From positions 11,780,001 through 11,844,000 of the forward strand of contig OZ024758.1 of NCBI GenBank assembly GCA_964016885.1: 64,000 nucleotides of DNA, given 5' to 3'. This DNA comes from Eledone cirrhosa (lineage: Eukaryota). Shown piece after piece: positions 56,295-64,000 of this stretch (positions are counted from its first letter, which is position 1; every line of letters starts with the position of its first letter). The position numbers and the translations under genes are program-made. Under the pieces are notes generated by a model. The model was not told the DNA's origin and made no database searches. It worked only from the letters and a program-made list of their open reading frames with translations.

Positions 56295-56412
56295 TATATA
56301 CTTCTGATGATGATCTAGTTAAGCTAACAACGTATTTAAAATTGAGTGGCACAGCTTCAAGTGTTCAGAAATTTTTAGACAACTTAATCAGTGAAACAAT
56401 TGTTAAGACTGT
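56295..56412 (+). ncRNA. Type I HHR motif with long stem II (element continues to about 56635, then TA)
   Basis: Reads ctt-CTGATGA-tgatctagttaag...cttaatcagt-GAA-ACAATTGT-T-aag. Stem I is weak. Confidence 0.5.
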
Positions 56413-56657
56413 AAATAAAACCCTTTTTTGTACTGTTGACCATGTTATTCTTCACTCTTTCAATATTATTACTCCAAGATAAACTTACATAGGAATTCCC
56501 GAGAAATCACAAACTCGCCACCTACGGAAACCTCTTGTTGAGTCAAATAACGCCGTACGCTAAAACTATCCACAATACGAAGTATTCACAACCTCTAACT
56601 GGATTACCTATAACGATATTTTGTTATCCCTAGTATAAATATATATATATATATATA

Positions 56658-57137
56658 TACAATATTAAATAAATGGAAACTATATTTATAAAACCATATC
56701 TATTTCATTATATATATTTCAGGGATATCATATTAACAATATGCTATGCCTTCCTCAGACAAAATACAATATAAACAGTTTTATAGATAAATAGATTTGA
56801 CATACCGTAACAACATCGACTTGTATTTGAAAAGTTGAATTGGCAGTTGAATTGAATTGAACTGCCAATTCAACTTTTCAAATACAAGTCGATGTTGTTA
56901 CGGTATGTCAAATCTATTTATCTATAAAACTGTTTATATTGTATTTTGTCTGAGGAAGGCATAGCATATTGTTAATATGATATCCCTGAAATATATATAA
57001 TGAAATAGATATGGTTTTATAAATATAGTTTCCATTTATTTAATATTGTAAATATACTCCAAATACTTGTCGAGTGCTTTTATATCAGTTATAAATATTT
57101 ACTAGTTGTAACCCAACAATTTAAATATAACTTTCCA
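56658..57137 (+). mobile_element. Family A fold-back: 191-bp apparently perfect arms, two HHRs, tail of about 87 nt
   Basis: Arms 56658-56848 and 56860-57050. HHR at 56942-57007(+) reads TATTTTGT-CTGAGGA-agg...cct-GAAA-TATATATA-ATGAAATA, mirrored at 56701-56766(-). Confidence 0.85.
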
Positions 57138-57159
57138 TATATATATATATATATATATA

Positions 57160-57867
57160 TTTCGTTTCTGAATTTGTTTAGCAAGATTCTTTATCTGAAA
57201 TCGTGTATTGAAACCGATATTGTTATACTTTGGGAGGGTCATGTTGCCAATAAGAAACACACGCACCAGTTGCTTTCACTTCAATTTATTATATATTTAT
57301 AAATTTATAAATTTACAAATTTACAAACTTATAAATTTCACCAGATAGTTGTTTATATATAGTCATAGTCCTTTCGTCAAACACTCTGTGACCTCTTCAG
57401 TGACTGGGGATTCCTTTCTTTGTTTCTGTGCCTTTCCTTTCTTCTATCCTACGCCATTTTGTTTCTGTGTGTGTGTTGTGTGGTCAGTTTGCGCATGCGC
57501 CACATCTGGGTGTCTGTGTGTGTTTGTGTTCATTTATCTATTTGTTTATTTATTTATTTATTTATTTATTGTTGGTTGGTTGTTTGTTCTATGTGTGTGT
57601 GTGTTTTCATTTTGTCCTGTGTGTGTTTTCATTTTGTCCTTAATTGTAAGTTGTTTGTTCTATGTGTGTGTGTGTGTTTTCATTTTGTCCTTAATTGTAA
57701 GTTGTGATGTTGCTGTTCCACTCATATTTTTGTGGAACCAACCAACCAACCAGAAATTTATAAGTTTGTAAATTTGTAAATTTATAAATTTATAAATATA
57801 TAATAAATTGAAGTGAAAGCAACTGGTGCGTGTGTTTCTTATTGGCAACATGACCCTCCCAAAGTAT

Positions 57868-57873
<6 letters not shown>
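57160..57873 (-). mobile_element. Family B fold-back with HHR at 57361-57405(-)
   Basis: HHR reads AGTCA-CTGAAGA-ggtca...tgac-GAAAG-ga-CTA-TGACT. The tail is on the left, and the inverted arm (about 57750-57873) ends at gtataacaata. Confidence 0.8.
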
Positions 57874-57943
<70 letters not shown>

Positions 57944-58921
57944 ATATTACATATACAAACACATGTACATATGTATTGATATGTATGCGAACACATGCGT
58001 AGGTTTATGAAATCACTCACAACCAACAGAAATACAAATGGCTTTCAATAATGACAGGCAAAAGAGTCTGTTGAAGAGAAAGAAGAAACCTACAATGGAT
58101 ATAATACGGTCGCTACCATTACATACATAGTACTAAGACTAAAGATTATAACTTCTAACAGGAAGATATCGCATGGTTTAATTGTCACAGATATTTTCTC
58201 TAACAAATATATATCTCAAAAACTGAATAAAATAATATATATAAATCTAAATCCCTGCCACCCATCAATACCTTTTCAAATATTGAGGAACAATAAGATG
58301 AGAATACTCTCTAGTCTTTTATCTCTCAAATTAGTCTCTGACATAGCATATCTTCCTTATCAGAAATGAATTAATATATTCCTAGTATTATTAGAAAAAC
58401 GACTTTCCAGTCAGCTCCATATAGAATTATTTTCAGTAGAAGCAGCTTAAATTGATCGCATCATTCTACACATTAGATGTCTCAGAACAATATATAAAGA
58501 AACAACACCCATAGATGTTAAAAGTACACGTCGAAATAAAGAAGTAAAGTATTAGCGAAAACAATACTGCTAAGCTCAGCTAAGTCGTACATCTGGAAAG
58601 CTTAGCTAAGTCGTACATCTGGAAAAGTTGGCTAAATAAAGAAGTATGGACGATCTAACACCTAAAGCTACTTATCGATAGTAGAAGGAAGATTTTAAGA
58701 ATGCTGTGTAACACAAATTGCTTTTCAGAATGACAATGGTCACCAACTATATCCTCCAGTTATAATTGGTGGCCAAAGGAAAATATTATAGCATATAAAT
58801 TTGGAGGAATGTTAACACAAAATGAGAGAAAATAAATGTATATTTATGACATGGGGTCTGGAATTTTAAGACGACGAAAATCATTTAGCAAGGCATCCTG
58901 ACAGATATAATTGTATGATAG

Positions 58922-59107
58922 CAGACCTGTCAACTCTCTTCGCCCGACTGGGAGATCTCCCATTCATTTTGAGATGAGTGAGATGTCTTCTTTTGTGAAA
59001 ATGGGTATAGCTTTCATTATGTAAAAATCTAATCATTTTTTGCCTAATTTCTCCACGTTTTAAGGCACCTTTTTCATGGTACTCCCTGTTGGGAGTTGGC
59101 AGGTCTT
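58922..59107. mobile_element. MITE with TIRs of about 14 bp
   Basis: agacctgtcaactc ... gagttggcaggtct. Confidence 0.6.
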
Positions 59108-59448
59108 TAATGGACTTGAGATTTGTAGTAGAACCCGTCACCTCCACAACTAAGTACTAATGAATGGCCCCTTTATAACTATTCAAGGGAAATAGCTCAA
59201 CATTCTTAGCATGCTCCATCTCACATTAATTACATTGTAATCTGATATGATGGATATTTATGGTTTTCTGAAATTCGAAATTGATGAGAGTTTTGCTGTG
59301 ATTATACCCTTTACTACAGTAGGCCTGAACTTTACAATGCAGCTTTTCTGATGCACATTTCAAAATAGATTTATAGACATCATAGTCACTAAATATTAAA
59401 TTAATATTCCTGGTATTTCGTTTACATTATTTAATACTGATAACAATT

Positions 59449-59633
59449 ATAATTGTTACTACTTTTGGCAAAAGACCAGCAATTAACCAGTGCATTACTG
59501 GTACTTTATTTTATCGACTGCGTAAGGATGAAAGATAAAGTTCATCTCGGCGGGATTTGAACTTAGAATGGCAAGGGCCGTAACTCTACGCGTCAAAGCA
59601 TAGTGTCAGACACTCTACCGATACTGCCAATCC
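59449..59633 (-). mobile_element. SINE (dominant family) with TSD tgataacaattataat
   Basis: Boxes and core as above, with the direct repeat on both flanks. Confidence 0.88.
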
Positions 59634-59837
59634 ATTGATAACAATTATAATACATAGATATTAGAGACTCTTCATCGAAGAGAGCACCACGTGAGAAGAA
59701 ACGTGCCAAAATCTACAAACCTGGCTTCTTTTATTTCCTAAGAAGTTTAACAATAGTGAATTATATTAGTCCTACTATATCTGTTCTTTTAGTAATATCT
59801 ACTTTCTCTTTCGTAAAGAATATATATATATATATAT

Positions 59838-59938
59838 AGGAAAATGTTTGACCCCGGCGGCAGAGCTCAAGCCGTTTCGACCCTAAGTACTCTGGTGCGT
59901 TATGGTCTATCTCGTTCCTTACCACACCTCCTTCGTTA
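59838..59938. mobile_element. Family C rearranged remnant
   Basis: gaccccggcggcagagctcaagccgtttcgac (antisense HHR half) is joined to the sense tail ggtgcgttatggtc...ccttcgtta(TA)n. Confidence 0.65.
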
Positions 59939-60752
59939 TATATATATATATATATATGTGTGTGTATATATATAAAATACCTTAACACTTCACACAAAGT
60001 AAAATATTTTGTTTTAAACATTTTCTAACCCAGAAAAAAGAGAAAAAAAAAAATAAAAAGGAAAAAAAAAATTTTTTCTTTTTAATAATCCTCTTTTTCT
60101 TCCTATTTTCATATATATATATATATTTATATATATATTTATATATATTTATATATATATATATATAAAATAATAAATGACGTATCAAAGCTATAAATCT
60201 TACTTATCAAGTATGAATATTAATAATGTTATGACATATTGTGTTATGTGGCACGTAAAAGCACACACACACGCACACACACACACACACACACACGCAC
60301 ACACACACACACTCACACACACATGCACACACATGCACACATACACACACACACACACACACTTATTATATTGAGAGAGAAAGTGTGATACTAAAATGTT
60401 ATGAATAAATGGGGTTAAGTTTATTTTCTTTAATAAATTCCTGCTCTCTGTAATCACTTTGTTGCTCGCTCCTAAATTAGTAAAACAACATGAATACAAA
60501 TGTCTGAATTAAATACAAAGTGTTCATTACTATCAAAATTATGCACATATTTTCATCAATAATTTCATGAGATATTATCAATAAAATTTACAGTTTTGAT
60601 TACTTCTTTGCAAACAAACAGTGTTGTTAATTGATTCCCAGTTGGAGGCGATGGAAACAATTAAGAATTTGTAAGAGTTTATATATAAAAGGTTTAGATA
60701 TAAATTTAGATTCAACTAAGTGTCTATTTATCATTCAATTATTCCACAAACC

Positions 60753-60893
60753 TATTGTTTCTAAACACATATATATTGATTTTCGTATTGTTTCTAAACA
60801 CATATATATTGATTTTCGTATTGTTTCTAAACACATATATATTGATTTTCGTATTGTTTCTAAACACATATATATTGATTTTCGTATTGGTTT
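60753..60893. repeat. 33-bp minisatellite, about 4.3 copies
   Basis: Units of tattgtttctaaacacatatatattgattttcg. Confidence 0.92.
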
Positions 60894-60969
60894 CTTTATG
60901 GATTTATGTTCGTAGTCAAATAGATTTTTGATACATTTTGTTATTTGCTACCAATTAACTTCTTATATA

Positions 60970-61353
60970 CAGGTGGATAGATTGATAGATAGATATGTAG
61001 GTAGATAGATAGGTAGATAGATAGATATGTAGATAGGTAAATAGATAGGTAGGTAGGTAGATAGATAGGTAGGTAGGGTAGGTAGGTAGGTAGGTAGATA
61101 GATATGTAGGTAGATAGATAGGTAGATAGGTAGATAGATAGATAGGTAGGTGGATAGATAGGTAGGTGGATGGATTGGTAGGTAGGTAATTAGGTACGTA
61201 GGTAGATGGCGAGTTGGACAGGTAGGGAGATGGACAGGTAGGGAGATAGACAGGTAGGGAGATGAACAGGTAGGGGGATATACAGGTAGGTAGATACACA
61301 GATAGATAGATACACAGGTAGATAGATACACAGGTAGATAGGTAGATCGATAG
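60970..61353. repeat. (GATA)n/(GGTA)n compound microsatellite
   Basis: Read directly from the sequence. Confidence 0.92.
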
Positions 61354-61398
61354 ACATAAGGTCTTGGGTAATGTTCGAATTATGTTAATGAATTTTGA

Positions 61399-61616
61399 GG
61401 GCGGTGGATTGGCAGTATTGGTAGAGGGTCGGACGCCATGCTTTGCAGCGTAGAGTTACGGCCCTTTATGATCTGAGTTCAAATCCCGCCGAGGTTAAAT
61501 TTGCTTTTCATCCTTACGGGGTCGATAAAATAAAGTGCCAGTCACGCACTGGGGTCGATTTAATCGACTTTCTAATCCCCAAAAATTGCTAGCCTCGCCT
61601 ATATAAGAAACCATTA
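61399..61616 (+). mobile_element. Full-length SINE, long variant, TSD ttatgttaatg
   Basis: Includes the ggggtcgatttaatcgacttt segment that short copies lack. Confidence 0.9.
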
Positions 61617-63359
61617 TGTTAATGTATTTTATCTTTTTTATTCGACTAGTATTAAAATCCTACCATTTGTTGGGATGTTGTACTCTAAGAATATTCAGCA
61701 AGTTAATTTTTTACTTTTCTTAATAGTTGTTTATTTCAATTCAAATACACTTTTGGATATTACATGGGTTCCATATTTTATAATCTGTAACAATACGTGC
61801 AATCCTGCAAAATTATATTTTCCGGAAGGCGACCACGTTAGATAATTGAACATGGATCCTGTTCAATTGGTTATAATGGAGACATTTGTTTTCTAATATA
61901 TTGTGAAACAAAACCCATCTATATAAAAGAAAACATATAATGGTTAAGTTGACTATCCAAATACACCTCAGCAATAATCATACTGCACTATTTTGTATCT
62001 AAATAACAGAATATTCCTCATGCTGGTCATTAAATCTAAATGATATATATAGATTTTAGACTAACCCTATCTTACATTATTGATGTAACAAAATATTCCT
62101 CTTTATAAAGCAGGAATGTAACGCTGTCCATAATATAAATGCGTCTGTAAAATTTATAAAAACTACGTTTCGTTCGATATAAATCAATGCATGATTTCCG
62201 GATCAGATTAAATTAACAATTGTAAATTATATTATATAACAATTAGAATTATATATATTATTTATGATACAAACTGATAACTCAGAAATACTGTAGGAGA
62301 TAAGGACAATATAAGCTGTTATCTCTCTCGATCTCTCTATTTATCTGTCTTTCTAGCTCTCAGTCGCTCTGCATGCCTCTCGGTTCGGTCTGTCTATCCA
62401 TAATTTGCTTATTTATCTATCTATCTTCCCTTTGGAAAATAACTTTTACAAGATTCGTTTAGTTGGTTAACCAAATAAATCGTCTGAGAATGTTGGATCG
62501 TTCATGATTTCGTACTAATAGTTGTGAGAATAGATAGATGATAGATGGGAGTTAGATGGAAGTTTCAATTTCACAAATGGCTTAGTGAAACTATTTGAGT
62601 TAGGACAGGAGACAGAAGAAATAAATTAAAATATAGAGATAGGAGAATTAGACAGAAAGATGAGACGGAATCGGAGAAGCGGGAAGAAAGAGACAGGAAT
62701 GGAGAAAAAAAAATGTCATATTAAGAAACTGTTATGAGTTTATTCGTATAAAAATGAGGGTGAGAATAAATAAATTAGTTCACTGCTTATTTGGAAGAAT
62801 TGTAATAAAGTAACATTTAGACATTCCTGAACTATCTGAGAGGAAATTACAAGAGAATCCGAAGGAAAAATGGAGAAGAGACACGATTAATAACAATTTA
62901 GCTAATAGAAAAATAAGAAAATAAATGACATAAGAATGAAAAAAAAAACCGATTCAATGGATTTAATGTGTTATGGTCTCACAAATCGAACAAAATATAC
63001 ATTAAAGATGCTATGATATAATAAGATAAAGTTATATTTCCGATATATAGTTTGGTGAAAGAATATAAAGATAAAATGAAAATAAAGAGAAATATGAAGA
63101 GTGGCGTGTCACGTCATTGAATGTGATTGTTATAAAGGTTATAATTATGATTGTTAATGCAGAAGCAAGTGCAATAAGACTGTTACCTAAAAGCAAATGG
63201 ACACCAACGGACATGCCAAATCCATTAAGTAGTGGAAATGATAAATTATTTCTCAAACTAGAAGACTGATAGACATAGCTTGGCTATGATAAATATTAAT
63301 TAGAGGTAGAATTGTTCTTAACTGGATAAAGTTATGATATAAATTTCAAATCTAATAAT

Positions 63360-63641
63360 ATAATTGTTTCTACTTTTGTCACAAGGCCAGCAATTATCCA
63401 GAGTATCACTGGTACTTTATTTTATCGACTCCGTAAGGATGAAAGGCAAAGTTAACCTCGGCAGGATTTGAACTCAGACCATAAAAGGCCGTAACTCTTT
63501 GCTGCAAAGCATGGCGTCCGACCCTCTACCGATACTGCCAATCCACCGCCCTTGAAATCTACTAATATAATTGTTTCTACTTTAGGCACAAAGCCAGCAA
63601 TTACCCAGTGCATTACTGGTACTTTATTTTATCGACCCCGT
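63360..63641 (-). mobile_element. Full SINE plus a partial tandem copy
   Basis: 63360-63552 is full length and 63568-63641 is a 3' part. The flank aaatcta(a/c)taatataat is duplicated. Confidence 0.88.
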
Positions 63642-63659
63642 AATAATATAATGTCAATT

Positions 63660-63922
63660 AAGCGGTGGTTAGGTTGTTGGACGTACGAGCATAATGTTGT
63701 GGGTTCGATTCTTGAACCAGGTTGTGTGTTTTGTTCTTGATCAAAACACTTCAGTTTCATGTTACTTCAGTATACTCCGCTGGACATTATTACAAACAGT
63801 GGCTGGGGAGTTAACTCGGCAATAGAGAGGCAAGCTGTCCAAGAGGGGTGTCTTGTACTCTCAGGTGCTTAACATCTAAGAAACCAGAATAAGCTCCGGA
63901 CTGATGAGCCCCTATGTTCGAG
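63660..63922 (+). mobile_element. Old tRNA-derived SINE with Nin-like domain
   Basis: Head gtggttagg...ggttcgattc, centre gcaatagagaggcaagctgtccaagagggg...tactctcag, and tail gaaaccagaataagctccggactgatgagcc. Confidence 0.6.
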
Positions 63923-64000
63923 ACGTTTTTAATATCAATCTGTAGATTAAATTCAATGTAACATAATATAAATTTCCAGTCACACACACACAGGTAGAGA

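Noticed and set aside
60753-60893. 33-bp and 40-bp (16058) repeats of CRISPR-like length
   Set aside because: The units are contiguous with no unique spacers, there are no cas genes, and the context is eukaryotic.
63885-63930. CTGATGAG...GAGAC resembling a hammerhead
   Set aside because: It is part of the SINE 3' region, lacks GAAA, and has no downstream stem I partner.

Overview
This is AT-rich eukaryotic non-coding DNA, intergenic or intronic. Its SINE repertoire resembles octopod cephalopods; that is an inference from recalled families and was not searched. No host gene can be called with confidence, and almost all listed ORFs are microsatellite read-throughs. The window is a mosaic of (TA)n/(CA)n/(ATGT)n microsatellites (one about 2.9 kb), about 25 tRNA-derived SINE copies or fragments, RTE-type LINE fragments, an internally deleted Tc1 element, two Helitron-like elements and a MITE. 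The main signal is at least 8 sequence-unrelated families of short (0.2-0.9 kb) non-coding elements sitting in (TA)n tracts. Most carry type I hammerhead ribozyme (HHR) motifs. They are deposited as asymmetric fold-backs: an inverted arm ending at a family-specific breakpoint, plus a sense arm with an extra 35-90 nt tail. This fits TA-microsatellite-targeting Penelope-like (PLE) or retrozyme-like retroelements, although no PLE reverse transcriptase ORF is present here. Coordinates were read by eye and may be off by a few bases.
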